Origin: an uncultured Actinomycetota bacterium
Lineage (GTDB): Bacteria; Actinomycetota; Actinomycetes; Propionibacteriales; Nocardioidaceae
NCBI GenBank assembly: GCA_963762105.1
Contig: CAVXJG010000012.1
Location: 32,922-96,921, forward strand
Length of the DNA: 64,000 nt
Direction of reading: 5' to 3'
Within the stretch, counting starts at the first letter, position 1. Each line of letters begins with the position of its first letter. The position numbers were made by a program, and so were the translations under genes. Of this stretch, positions 1 through 10,129 are shown one piece after another. The notes under the pieces are model-generated. The model was not told where the DNA came from. It worked only from the letters and a program-made list of their open reading frames with translations, and did no database searches.

Positions 1-242
1 TCCGCGAACGAGCCGGCCTCACCCGCCGCCTCGGTCTGGACGGTTTCAGACCTCTCGTCGGATGGCCGCCTCGACAACTTCCTACGTGGGCAGTTCTCAC
101 GCACGACTTCTCCACCACGCAGTCTCGTCTCGTCGGAGGGCCTCCTATCTCCCGTGTCGTGCCCTTTCTGGCAATGACCGCCGTAGGGTGCGCCGGGAGG
201 CTGAGGCCGGCCTCGGGAAGCCATGCGGAAGGAGCTCGGGGC

Positions 243-3200
243 ATGCAAGAAGGTCTCTACGAGTCGGTGTTGACCACCGACCTGGCCCAACGCTTGGAAG
301 CACTTGTTGACCTGGTGCCGGAACTCGGCCGGGTAGACCCGGCAGACCAATCCCACGTGCTGTCGCAGTTTCTCGCTGGAGCGATCCAGCGGCGCTTGCA
401 GGCCGAGCGCGACCCCGACAGACGTCTCGCAGTGGTGAATCAACTCGTGCAACTCATCGGCACCGAGGAACCTCTCGTCGCAGACCCGGTCAGCCAACTG
501 CTCGCTGTCAGACGGCCGGCAGGACCCGGCCAGGTCGTCCGCTTGGGCGAACGACCAAAGACTCCGCTCAACGATGCGGCCTTGTTGACCAATGCTCACG
601 GCGAGCCCTCATTGGCAAGCGAGCTCAAGGCAGAGATCGACTCTGCGGACTCCGTCGACCTGCTGTGTGCCTTCGTGATGTGGCGCGGCGTCCGACTTCT
701 CGAAGCGCCGCTCACTCGCGCGCGCCAAGCGGGAATCCCGCTACGCGTCGTGACCACGACCTACATCGGTGGCACCGAGCGAGAGGCTCTGGATCGTCTC
801 GTCCGCGACTTCGGCGCCGAGGTCAAGGTGCAGTACGACGCTGCGCGCACGCGCCTGCACGCGAAGGCCTGGCTCTTTCGACGCGCAACAGGCTTCGACA
901 CGGCCTATGTCGGGTCGTCAAACCTGTCGACCAGTGCCCTGCTTGATGGAGTCGAGTGGAACGTTCGGTTGTCGCACAGCACCACGCCCGCGCTCCTCCA
1001 GAAGTTTGAAGCCACCTTCGACTCCTACTGGAACGGCTCCGAATTCGAGGTGTACGACCCCGAGAGGGATCGCGATCGCCTGGACGATGCCCTCATCGCT
1101 GCGCGCGGCGGGCGCCTGGGGGATCGAGTAACCATCTCCATCTCTGGGCTGGAAGTCCGTCCATTTCCCTACCAGCAGGAGATCTTGGACGCGGTCGCGG
1201 TCGAGCGTGTGCTTCACGATCGGCACCGCAACTTAGTCGTGGCCGCCACGGGCACCGGCAAGACCGTCATTGCCGCATTGGACTACCGCCGGCTCGGAGC
1301 AGACAACCAGCAGCCGAGTCTTCTGTTCGTTGCGCATCGAAGGGAGATTCTCGAACAATCGCTGCGCACCTATCGCGAGGTTCTGAGCGATGGCGACTTT
1401 GGTGAGCTGTACGTGGGCGGCGCCAGGCCCGAACGTTGGCAGCACGTCTTCGCCAGCGTCCAGTCGCTGACGTCCTACGGCGTCGCCAATATCCCGCGCA
1501 ACGCCTTCGACATCGTCGTGATTGACGAGTTCCACCACGCCGAGGCCAAGACCTACCGTCGCATCCTCGATCACCTCACGCCTCGAGAACTCCTGGGCCT
1601 GACGGCGACTCCCGAGCGAACAGACGGGACCGACGTACGGAGCTTCTTTGACGGCCGGACGGCGGCCGAGCTTCGCTTGTGGGACGCGCTGGGCGCGGAT
1701 CTGCTATGCCCGTTCCACTACTTCGTGGTGGCCGACGGCACCGATCTCCGCTCAATCGGCTGGTCCCGCGGTCGCTACGACGAGGACCAACTCTCGAACG
1801 TCTACACGGGCAACGACGCGCGCTCGCGCATCGTGCTCAAGGAACTCCGCGACAAGGTGTCGAATATCAGATGAGATGCGCGCCTTGGGCTTCTGCGTGA
1901 GCGTGGCGCATGCCGAATACATGGCCGAGGTATTTCGCCAAGCCGGAGTAGCCGCAGTCGCCGTCACAGGTCAGACTCCCCAGCGCGAACGCGAGCGAGC
2001 ACTTGCTGACTTGCGCGCCAAGCGTGTCAACGTCCTCTTCGCCGCCGACCTGTTCAACGAAGGCCTGGACGTTCCGGACGTCGACACAGTCCTGTTCCTT
2101 CGGCCTACCGAGAGCGCCACCGTATTTCTGCAGCAACTCGGCCGCGGACTGCGACGGACTCGCGACAAGGCCGTTCTGACGGTCCTGGACTTCGTGGGCT
2201 TCCATCGCCAGGAGTTTCGTTTCGACGCAAAGTTGCGGGCTCTGACCGGTGACACACGGGCCGGCATCGAGCGGCAGGTCAAGGAGGGCTTTCCATTCCT
2301 GCCTTCTGGATGCCAGATCGTGATGGACCGGCAGTCCCAAGCCATCGTCCTAGAAAACATCCGCGGGCAGATCGCCAACCGGTGGCAACAGATCGTCGCC
2401 GAATTGCGCTCGTATGGCGATCGCGGCTTGGAGAGCTTTCTCCAGGAGTCCGGCCTCGAGCTCAGCGACATCCTCCGCCGCGGAAGTCACTCATGGACTC
2501 GTCTTCGCCGCGATGCCGGGCTGCCGACCGAACCGGGTTCTTCACTCGAAGCGAAGTTGCTGAAGCGCGTGCGTGCATTCGCCCACGTGGATGACCCAGC
2601 TCGGCGGATGGCGTATCGACGCCTCCTCCAGGACGACGCCCCTTCCTATACCGACCTGTCCATCGAGGAACAGCGTCTGGCTCGGATGCTCTTCTACTCG
2701 CTTTGGTACGACGGTGGCGGCCACGGTTCCTATGAGGAAGGGCTTGTCGGCGCTTGCGCGCGGAGGTTGCGACACGGGGCGAGATCGCGTCGGTGGTGGA
2801 CATCTCCTTCGAAGCGGCCCGCCACGTTTCGATCGCCTCTCACGGGGCCACACGCCGATCTGCCACTCAGGGTTCACGCCCGCTATCAGCGCGAGGAAAT
2901 CCTGGCCGCCCTCGACTTCCCTCGTCAGCCGAACAGCTTCCGTGAGGGCGTCTGGTACTCCTCAGACCGCAACATCGACGCCTTCTTCGTCACGCTGAAG
3001 AAGTCCGAAGCGGACTACTCACCCACCACGATGTACCGGGACTACCCGATCTCGCCGACGCTCTTTCACTGGGAGTCGCAGTCGACCACGTCGGTGCAGT
3101 CACCAACTGGACAGCGCTATCTCACTGGGGCGAGCACCGTGCTGTTGTTTGTTCGCCACTCGCAGAAGGACGAGTTCGGGACCTCGCCGTACCTCTTCCT

Positions 3201-3315
3201 TGGCCCTGCTCACTACGTGAGCCACACCGGCGATCGACCCATCGCGATCACCTGGCGGCTCGAGCACGCAGTGCCGACAGACTTCTTTGCTCTCGCCACG
3301 GCGGTCGCGCAATAG
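243..3315 (+). CDS. PLD nuclease-SF2 helicase-DUF3427 protein (SauUSI-like candidate type IV restriction endonuclease), frameshifted near 1870 and near 2750-2835
   Basis: HxK nuclease motif LHAKAWLF...YVGSSNLS...EWN; Walker A AATGTGKT; DEFHH; GLTATP; FLQQLGRGLR; C-terminal YSPTTMYRDY...FHWESQS typical of DUF3427. Split over ORFs 159..1874 and 1648..3315; ATG at 243. Confidence 0.85.
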
Positions 3316-3328
3316 GCGACTGTCCCGG

Positions 3329-3374
3329 CACGTACAAGAGGCCCAAGCTCGAGAGCTTGGGCCTCTTGTACGTG
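3329..3374. terminator. Probable bidirectional terminator hairpin
   Basis: Perfect 22-bp inverted repeat cacgtacaagaggcccaagctc / gagcttgggcctcttgtacgtg between convergent genes. Confidence 0.8.
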
Positions 3375-3382
3375 TGAACCAA

Positions 3383-6322
3383 TCAGCTGCAGCCGCTGGT
3401 GCTGCCGCAGCCCTCGCAGACGTAGCAGGAGCCGGCGGGGCGCATCTTGGTGCCGCAGGTCATGCAGAGCGGGGAGTCGATGGCGGTGCCGGTGATCTTC
3501 TCGAACAGCTCGGCGGAGGTGTGGGCCTCGCCGATCTCCCCTTGGTTTCGAGACGGGCGCTGCGCGCCCTCCTCAACCAGCGGGGAGGACTGCGCGCCCT
3601 CCTCAACCAGCGGGGAGGCCTCAACTACCGGCGAGTCTTCGACGATGGTGGCGTCGACTGGGGCGTCGGCCTTGAGGGACTCGGCCTCGCTGATCTCGAG
3701 AGGCTCGTAGGAGCCGGTCTCGAGGTAGCGCTGGCGCTCGTCGGCGGAGTAGATGCCGAGGGCGGAGCGGGACTCGAAGTCGAGGTAGTCGAGGGCGAGG
3801 CGGCGGAAGATGTAGTCCATGATCGACTTCGCCATCCGCACGTCGGCGTCGTCGGTGAGGCCGGCGGGCTCGAAGGACAGGTTGGTGAACTTCGAGACGT
3901 AGGTCTCCAGCGGGACGCCGTACTGCAGCCCGATCGACACCGCGATCGAGAAGGCGTCCATCACGCCGGCCAGCGTCGAGCCCTGCTTGCCGAGCTTGAG
4001 GAAGACCTCGCCGAGCTCGCCGTCGTCGTGGGCACCGGAGGTCATGTAGCCCTCGGCGCCGCCGACGGTGAACGACGTGGTGCGCGAGTCGCGCTGCTTG
4101 GGCAGGCGCTTGCGGGTCGGCCGGTAGACGATCGTCTCCACCGTCTTGGCCTCGACCAGCGCGGCCTGCGAGGCGGCGCCGCGGGCCTGGTCGGCCTTCG
4201 ACGAGTCCGACTTGCCGTCGGAGAGGGGCTGGCCGACCTTGCAGTTGTCGCGGTAGACGGCGGTCGCCTTGAGGCCGAGCTTCCAGGACTGGAGGTAGAT
4301 GTCCTCGATCTCCTCGACCGTGGCGGTCTCGGGCAGGTTGACCGTCTTGGAGATCGCGCCGGAGAGGAACGGCTGGCAGGCCGCCATCATCCGCACGTGG
4401 CCCATCGGCTTGAGGGCGCGGGCCCCCATCGCGGTGTCGAAGACGTCGTAGTGCTCGAGCTTGAGACCGGGCGCGTCGATGACGTGGCCGTGCTCGGCGA
4501 TGAAGGCGACGATCGCCTCGATCTGCTCCTCGGCGTAGCCCATCTTGGCCAGCGCCCGCGGGATCGTCTGGTTGACGATCTGCATCGAGCCGCCGCCGAC
4601 GAGCTTCTTGAACTTCACCAGCGAGAAGTCGGGCTCGATGCCGGTGGTGTCGCAGTCCATCATGAAGCCGATGGTCCCGGTGGGCGCGAGCACCGAGGCC
4701 TGCGCGTTGCGGAAGCCGTTGGCCTCGCCGATCGTCTGTACGTCGGCCCACGCGACCGTGGCCAGCTTGTGCACCTGCGCGTCGGCGATGCCGAAGGTGC
4801 GCACCGCGTCGTTGGCGGCCTGGTGCTTGCGCATCACCCGCTTGTGCGGCGCGGCGTTGCGGGCGTAGCCGACGTAGGGGCCGACGACGCCGGCGAGCTC
4901 GGCCGAGCGGCGGTAGGAGACGCCGGTCATCAGCGACGTGATGGCCGCGGCCATGCCCCGGCCGGCGTCGGAGTCGTAGCCGAGGCCCATCGCCATCAGC
5001 AGCGCGCCGAGGTTGGCGTAGCCGATGCCGAGCTGGCGGTAGTCGCGGGTGGTCGCGCCGATCGCCTCGGTCGGGAAGTCGGCGAAGCAGATCGAGATGT
5101 CCATCGCGGTGATGATCACCTCGACGGCCTTCGCGAACAGCTCGCTGTCGAAGGTGTTGTCGTCCTTGAGGAACTTCAGCAGGTTGAGCGACGCCAGGTT
5201 GCACGAGGAGTTGTCGAGCGACATGTATTCGGAGCACGGGTTGGACGCCGTGATCCGGCCGGTCTCGGGGTTGGTGTGCCAGTCGTTGATGGTGTCGTCG
5301 TACTGAAGCCCCGGGTCGGCGCACTCCCACGCGGCCTTGGCGATCTTGGTGAACAGCTCGCGGGCGTCGACGGTCTCGATGACCTCGCCGGTCTTGCGAC
5401 CGCGCAGCCCGAACTCGGTGCCCTCCTCGACCGCGCGCATGAACGCGTCGGAGACGCGGACCGAGTTGTTGGCGTTCTGGTATTGAACCGAGGTGATGTC
5501 GTGGCCGCCGAGGTCCATGTCGAAGCCGGCGTCACGCAGCGCGCGGATCTTGTCCTCCTCGCGCGCCTTGGTCTCGACGAACTCGACGATGTCGGGGTGG
5601 TCGACGTCGAGGACGACCATCTTGGCCGCGCGGCGGGTGGCGCCGCCGGACTTGATGGTGCCCGCGGACGCGTCGGCGCCGCGCATGAAGGAGACCGGGC
5701 CGGAGGCCGTGCCGCCGGAGGACAGCAGCTCCTTGGAGGAGCGGATGCGGGAGAGGTTGAGGCCGGCGCCGGAGCCGCCCTTGAAGATGAACCCCTCCTC
5801 CTTGTACCAGTTGAGGATGGAGTCCATCGAGTCGTCGACCGAGAGGATGAAGCAGGCCGAGACCTGCTGCGGCGACGCGGTGCCGACGTTGAACCAGACA
5901 GGAGAGTTGAAGGAGAAGTACTGGTTGACCAGCAGCCAGGTCAGCTCGTGCCCGAAGACCTCGGCGTCGGCCGGCGACGCGAAGTAGCCGTTGTCCTCGC
6001 CGCTCTTCTGGTACGTCGACACGACGCGGTCGATGAGCTGCTTGAGGCTCCACTCCCGGACGTCGGTGCCCACGGCGCCACGGAAGTACTTGGTGGTCAC
6101 GATCGTCGAGGCGTTGACCGACCAGGTGTCGGGGAACTCGACGTCGCGCTGCTCGAAGACGTTCACGCCGGTCTTCCAGTTGGTCTGGACGACGTCGCGG
6201 CGCTCCCAGTTGAGCTCGTCGTAGGGGTGCACCCCCTCGGTGCTGAAGACCCGCTCGATCTTCATCCCGGCAGGCGCGGCCGCTGACTTGGCCTTGGCGC
6301 CGGGGTTCACCGTCTCGGTCAT
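3383..6322 (-). CDS. nrdJ: Adenosylcobalamin-dependent (class II) ribonucleotide reductase
   Basis: FNSPVWFN, SACFIL, SNPCSEY, APTGTI motifs; C-terminal CxxC...CxxC...SGCS; next to nrdR; RBS gaggag before ATG 6322. Confidence 0.95.
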   Translation of the reverse strand: MTETVNPGAKAKSAAAPAGMKIERVFSTEGVHPYDELNWERRDVVQTNWKTGVNVFEQRDVEFPDTWSVNASTIVTTKYFRGAVGTDVREWSLKQLIDRVVSTYQKSGEDNGYFASPADAEVFGHELTWLLVNQYFSFNSPVWFNVGTASPQQVSACFILSVDDSMDSILNWYKEEGFIFKGGSGAGLNLSRIRSSKELLSSGGTASGPVSFMRGADASAGTIKSGGATRRAAKMVVLDVDHPDIVEFVETKAREEDKIRALRDAGFDMDLGGHDITSVQYQNANNSVRVSDAFMRAVEEGTEFGLRGRKTGEVIETVDARELFTKIAKAAWECADPGLQYDDTINDWHTNPETGRITASNPCSEYMSLDNSSCNLASLNLLKFLKDDNTFDSELFAKAVEVIITAMDISICFADFPTEAIGATTRDYRQLGIGYANLGALLMAMGLGYDSDAGRGMAAAITSLMTGVSYRRSAELAGVVGPYVGYARNAAPHKRVMRKHQAANDAVRTFGIADAQVHKLATVAWADVQTIGEANGFRNAQASVLAPTGTIGFMMDCDTTGIEPDFSLVKFKKLVGGGSMQIVNQTIPRALAKMGYAEEQIEAIVAFIAEHGHVIDAPGLKLEHYDVFDTAMGARALKPMGHVRMMAACQPFLSGAISKTVNLPETATVEEIEDIYLQSWKLGLKATAVYRDNCKVGQPLSDGKSDSSKADQARGAASQAALVEAKTVETIVYRPTRKRLPKQRDSRTTSFTVGGAEGYMTSGAHDDGELGEVFLKLGKQGSTLAGVMDAFSIAVSIGLQYGVPLETYVSKFTNLSFEPAGLTDDADVRMAKSIMDYIFRRLALDYLDFESRSALGIYSADERQRYLETGSYEPLEISEAESLKADAPVDATIVEDSPVVEASPLVEEGAQSSPLVEEGAQRPSRNQGEIGEAHTSAELFEKITGTAIDSPLCMTCGTKMRPAGSCYVCEGCGSTSGCS
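3544..3630 (+). repeat. REP-like repeat with a tandem partial duplication, in frame inside nrdJ
   Basis: ggtttcgagacgggcgctgcgcgccctcctcaaccagcg followed by a repeat with 30-bp period. Confidence 0.85.
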
Positions 6323-6450
6323 GGACTCTCCTCGTGTCTTCAGGGCGGGCACTTCGTTGTCGGGCACTGCAACTGCTGGTGGCGCTGGCCACCGGGGTGG
6401 TGCGCCCGGGACGGATCGCTTCCCCACAATCCATCCCGGGCGGTCTGGGG

Positions 6451-6969
6451 TCAGCCGGACGCGACCGGCTGAGGTCGATGGTCTCGAGACGGTCGCTGCG
6501 CGACCTCCTCGACCAACGAAACAGCGCGCTCGGCCTTGAGGAGGGCGATCTCGTCCTCGAAGTCGTCGGCACTGCTGAAGGCCTTGTAGACGCTCGCGAA
6601 GCGGAGGTAGGCCACGGCGTCCAGCGCCCGGAGCGGGCCGAGGATGGCCAGGCCGACCTCGTGGGCCGGCACCTCGGCGGCGCCGTCGAGGCGCAGCGCG
6701 TCCTCGACCGCTTGGCCCAGGCGGGCCAGGTCGTCCTCGGTGACCGGGCGGCCCTTGCAGGCCTTGCGGACACCGGCGACCGCCTTGTCACGGGCGAACG
6801 GCTCGGTGGCACCGGAGCGCTTGAGCACGGTCAGCTGCATCAACTCGGTGGTGGTGAAGCGCTTCTCGCAGGCCGAGCACGAGCGGCGGCGGCGGATCGA
6901 GGTGCCGTCGTCGGAGACCCGCGAGTCGGTGACCCGGGTGTCGGTGTCGCGGCAGTAGGGGCAGTGCAT
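6451..6969 (-). CDS. nrdR: Transcriptional repressor NrdR
   Basis: MHCPYC...DSR...[19 protein letters not shown]-cone, AYLRFASVY. Confidence 0.97.
   Translation of the reverse strand: MHCPYCRDTDTRVTDSRVSDDGTSIRRRRSCSACEKRFTTTELMQLTVLKRSGATEPFARDKAVAGVRKACKGRPVTEDDLARLGQAVEDALRLDGAAEVPAHEVGLAILGPLRALDAVAYLRFASVYKAFSSADDFEDEIALLKAERAVSLVEEVAQRPSRDHRPQPVASG
6480..6518 (+). repeat. REP-like repeat inside the nrdR 3' end
   Basis: ggtctcgagacggtcgctgcgcgacctcctcgaccaacg. Confidence 0.85.
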
Positions 6970-7109
6970 CGTGGTCCTCCTCTCGCGGCTTCTCGGCCTT
7001 GGTTCGAGCGTCTCAGGGGTCGCCGACAACACCCGTGCGAGGGTGTGGATAGAGGCCCCGTAGTTGTTAACAACTAGCGGCTCGCTGTGAGTCCCGGATC
7101 AGCTTCTGT

Positions 7110-7156
7110 GAACTACATGTGGAAAACCACAACGATGTAACTACTAGATGTAGTGG
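7110..7156. promoter_or_regulatory. Two NrdR boxes
   Basis: gaaCTAcATgTgGaaa (7110-7125) and ctaCTAgATgTAGtgg (7141-7156), 31 bp apart, resembling acaCwAtATaTwGtgt upstream of nrdR-nrdJ. Confidence 0.8.
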
Positions 7157-7365
7157 TTACTGTAGGCCGGGGTGCGAGGGCATGCAACCCCTCTCGACGG
7201 TGCATTTCAGGTACTTCCGGTACGACGGCATCGCCGCAGGTCAGCGGCCTGACGGGCGGTCCAGATGGGTCGTCGACGACCGCGTGTCGCGGCGTGTCGC
7301 GGCGTGTCGTACGGGCTTGGGCGATCCCCGCCGTGAGGACTTCCTCCATGGGCCACAATGGCCGG

Positions 7366-7824
7366 GTGGAGCAGCCGGGAAAGCACGCGGGAAAGCGCCG
7401 CGCCGAGCCCGCTCCGCGAGCCCAGGGCGCTCCCGCAATCACGCATGTCCCCAGTCATCTCCCCACTCACTCGACGGGCCAGCCGGCCAGCGAGCCGATC
7501 GAGGAGCCGGGCGGCGAAGCGGGCAGTGAGTCGGGGGGTGGGTCCCGGCTGCCGCTGCTCCTCCACGCCCTCGGCGTGACCGCGGCCATCGTGGCTTGGG
7601 GCTACCTCGTCTACGCCGCCATCGACTTCGGCGCCACCGCCCGCGGCGGCGACACCGACGCCTGGTGGCTGCTCGGCCTGGCGTCCCTCGGGGCGGTCGC
7701 GTGCCTCTTCGTGGGGCTGCTGCTGGTCACCCGGCTGCTGCGGATCCTGGGCATCGTCAAGGGAGGCGCCCAGGAAGCGCCGAAGACACCACGCCCGGTG
7801 GGTGGCAAGCGGATCGCGCGGTGA
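7366..7824 (+). CDS. Hypothetical two-TM membrane protein
   Basis: Two hydrophobic helices and basic termini (GKHAGKRR, GGKRIAR); start uncertain, GTG just after a cacaat -10-like box. Confidence 0.65.
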   Translation: MEQPGKHAGKRRAEPAPRAQGAPAITHVPSHLPTHSTGQPASEPIEEPGGEAGSESGGGSRLPLLLHALGVTAAIVAWGYLVYAAIDFGATARGGDTDAWWLLGLASLGAVACLFVGLLLVTRLLRILGIVKGGAQEAPKTPRPVGGKRIAR

Positions 7825-7830
7825 GCAGCC

Positions 7831-8232
7831 GTGACGGCCGGCTACTCCGGCACTCCCCTGCCGCAGAAGCTCGGCGTCAAGCCGGACCACGTGGTGTTCC
7901 TCGACGGCCAGCCGGCCGACGTCGAGCTCGGCGCCCTGGTCGCGAGCTCCGTCGTACGCCGCCTCCCGCGCAGCATGGACCTGACCCTGACCTGGCACAC
8001 CACGCTGGCCGGTCTCGAGAAGCGGCTGCCGGTGCTCTTCGAACGCACCAGCACCGCCGGCATGGTGTGGGTGTGCTGGCCCAAGAAGTCGAGCGGCGTG
8101 GCCAGCGACCTCGACGAGAACCTGGTGCGCGAGCTCGGCCTCGAGCTCGGGTTCGTCGACGTCAAGGTCGCCGCGATCGACGCGACGTGGTCGGGGCTGA
8201 AGTTCGTGCGCCGGTTGAAGGACCGCACCTAG
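7831..8232 (+). CDS. DUF3052 family protein
   Basis: MTAGYSGTPLPQKLG...WVCWPKKSSGV...VDVKVAAIDATWSGLKFV. Confidence 0.8.
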   Translation: MTAGYSGTPLPQKLGVKPDHVVFLDGQPADVELGALVASSVVRRLPRSMDLTLTWHTTLAGLEKRLPVLFERTSTAGMVWVCWPKKSSGVASDLDENLVRELGLELGFVDVKVAAIDATWSGLKFVRRLKDRT

Positions 8233-9194
8233 CAGGTTGCGAGGGGGACCGGCTCCGGGTCGGGGTCCGGAACGGCTGGCACCTGTGCCCTGCGCTCCGA
8301 CACGACGACGACGGCCACCGCGGCCACGACGATCGCACCGCCGGCGAGGATCGGCACGGTGATGGCCTCCGACAGGATCAGCCAGCCCAGGAAGACGGCC
8401 ACCACGGGGTTGACGAAGGCGTACGTCGCGACGAGCGAGATGGGAGCGGCGCCGAGCACCCAGACGTACGCCGTGAAGGCGACGACCGAGCCGAACGTGA
8501 CCAGGTATCCCCACGCCAGCCACGCCTCCAGCGGCGCCGCCGTCGGCAGCAGGTGCTCACCGCGGATGCCGCCGAGCAGCGCCAGCCAGCCTGCACCGAA
8601 CAGCATCTCGTAGACCGTGAGCACGAAAGCGTCCTTCGGCAGCCAGAGCCTCGGAGTCGCCCAGGATCCGAACGACCAGCACACCGTGGCGACCATGATG
8701 ATCAGACTGGCCCCGATCGGCACGTCGCCGTCGATGCCCGTCGAGGTGATCAGCAGCACCAAGCCCGCGAAGCCGATCAGCACGCCGAGCGTGGTCTGGC
8801 TGCGGGGCCGGTCACCGGTCGCGCTGCGGTAGACGATCACCCACAGCGGGACGGCCGCCACGAGCAGGGCGGCGATGCCGGACGGCGCGCCCTTGCTCTC
8901 GCCGACGGACACCAGGCCGTTCCCGAGCGCGGGCAGCAGCAGGCCGAGGGCCGCGCAGCCGAGCAGCTCGCGACGCGTCGCGCGGAGCCGGCCGAGACCG
9001 CTGCGGACGGCCAGGATGGCGCCGAGCAGGATCGCGGCGCACAGGTAGCGCCAGCTGGCCGAGGCCATCGGCGGCATGTCCTCGACCACGACGCGGATCG
9101 CCAGGTAGGTCGAGCCCCAGACGACGTAGACGATGCCCAGCGCAACCGCGACCAGCAGGGCGGCCCGACGACCGGATGCCGGCTGCTCTGTCAT
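8229..9194 (-). CDS. EamA/DMT family transporter
   Basis: YVVWGSTYLAIR, about 10 TM, YAFVNPVVAVFLG. Confidence 0.9.
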   Translation of the reverse strand: MTEQPASGRRAALLVAVALGIVYVVWGSTYLAIRVVVEDMPPMASASWRYLCAAILLGAILAVRSGLGRLRATRRELLGCAALGLLLPALGNGLVSVGESKGAPSGIAALLVAAVPLWVIVYRSATGDRPRSQTTLGVLIGFAGLVLLITSTGIDGDVPIGASLIIMVATVCWSFGSWATPRLWLPKDAFVLTVYEMLFGAGWLALLGGIRGEHLLPTAAPLEAWLAWGYLVTFGSVVAFTAYVWVLGAAPISLVATYAFVNPVVAVFLGWLILSEAITVPILAGGAIVVAAVAVVVVSERRAQVPAVPDPDPEPVPLATC

Positions 9195-9310
9195 CGGCGT
9201 CTGAGTACTTTGGTCATGTCGCACGCGTCCGAGCGTACGGCCACCAGGGCCCGGAGGTAGAGCGGTTTTCGGCCATCGTTCCGCGAGTTCCGGCCTTCGT
9301 TTGGTCACCG

Positions 9311-9405
9311 AGTCTCGACACGCCTCGCTGCGCTCGGCGGCTCGACCACCGAAGCGTGTGTCGGTGGTCGAGCCGGGCGAGCGCCAGCGAGCCCGTGTCG
9401 AGACC
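9311..9405. repeat. Inverted pair of REP-like repeats (BIME/REPIN-like)
   Basis: gtctcgacacg...ctcgaccaccg, spacer, cggtggtcgag...gtgtcgagacc. Confidence 0.85.
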
Positions 9406-9408
9406 CCG

Positions 9409-9440
9409 CGAAGGGCGGGACCGGATGGTCCCGCCCTTCG
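9409..9440. terminator. Hairpin, likely terminator of the LysM gene
   Basis: cgaagggcgggacc-ggat-ggtcccgcccttcg, 14-bp stem. Confidence 0.65.
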
Positions 9441-9495
9441 TCTTCCCCGGCTCGCCGATGGGGGTCGAGTCCACCGGCGACGTCTGTGTGGCGCG

Positions 9496-9882
9496 CTAGT
9501 CGGTGGGGATCCGGAGGCGCTGGCCGGCGAGCACCATGCCGGAGTCGAGGGCGTTGAGCCGCTCGATGCGGGTGATCATGGCGCGGACGTCACCGTCGCC
9601 GGTGACCGCGGCCGCGTCGGCGGCGATGTCCCAAAGGGTGTCGCCCTCGCCCACCATCACGATGCGGGTCGGCTCGGGCGTGCCGGGCCGCTCGGTGGCG
9701 ACCGAGCCGGCGCCGAAGAAGACGCCGACGGCCAGCACCAGCACGAGGCCGAGGACCACCACGACGGCCCGGCCGCGCCGGGTCAGGCGCACGCTCGAGC
9801 CGACGGGCCGCGTCGGGGCCGCGGACGGCGCACGCGCCGGTCGCACCCGGGTGACCGTCGGGTTCACGGTGATGGTGCTCAT
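9496..9882 (-). CDS. LysM-domain membrane protein, probable SOS cell-division inhibitor (ChiZ/YneA-like)
   Basis: VRLTRRGR, TM helix, LysM (VGEGDTLWDIA...LAGQRLRIP); divergent from lexA with SOS boxes between. Confidence 0.85.
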   Translation of the reverse strand: MSTITVNPTVTRVRPARAPSAAPTRPVGSSVRLTRRGRAVVVVLGLVLVLAVGVFFGAGSVATERPGTPEPTRIVMVGEGDTLWDIAADAAAVTGDGDVRAMITRIERLNALDSGMVLAGQRLRIPTD

Positions 9883-9963
9883 CGGGACCTCCTGGGGCTC
9901 TGCCTAGCTGGAGTGCTGACCCATGTCTAACGGCGACCACCGACAACGCTTCTCGACGACCGC

Positions 9964-10097
9964 TCGATCAGACGTTCGATCGAACATGTGTACGAGACTA
10001 GAGCACCTGTTCGAACAGAATCAAGCACCCACCCGAACAAATGTTCGATGTTTCGAGAACAGCGGGATGCGACACGCCCGTTCGAACAGATGTTTGA
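9964..10097. promoter_or_regulatory. Cluster of five LexA (SOS) boxes
   Basis: TCGAAC-N4-GTTCGA matches with 1-2 mismatches at 9964-9979, 9980-9995, 9999-10014, 10033-10048 and 10082-10097. Confidence 0.88.
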
Positions 10098-10129
10098 ATC
10101 AGGGGGCGAGATGCGGCTAGCGTGGCGCC

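Noticed and set aside
3287-6286. Long antisense ORFs (999 aa here; also 16602..19028, 23095..26040, 29665..32385)
   Set aside because: Shadow frames of real genes, expected in high-GC DNA; no recognisable motifs.
6330-6450. Cobalamin riboswitch or intein associated with nrdJ
   Set aside because: No convincing B12-box consensus in the short nrdR-nrdJ gap, and the protein shows no intein insertion or splice motifs.
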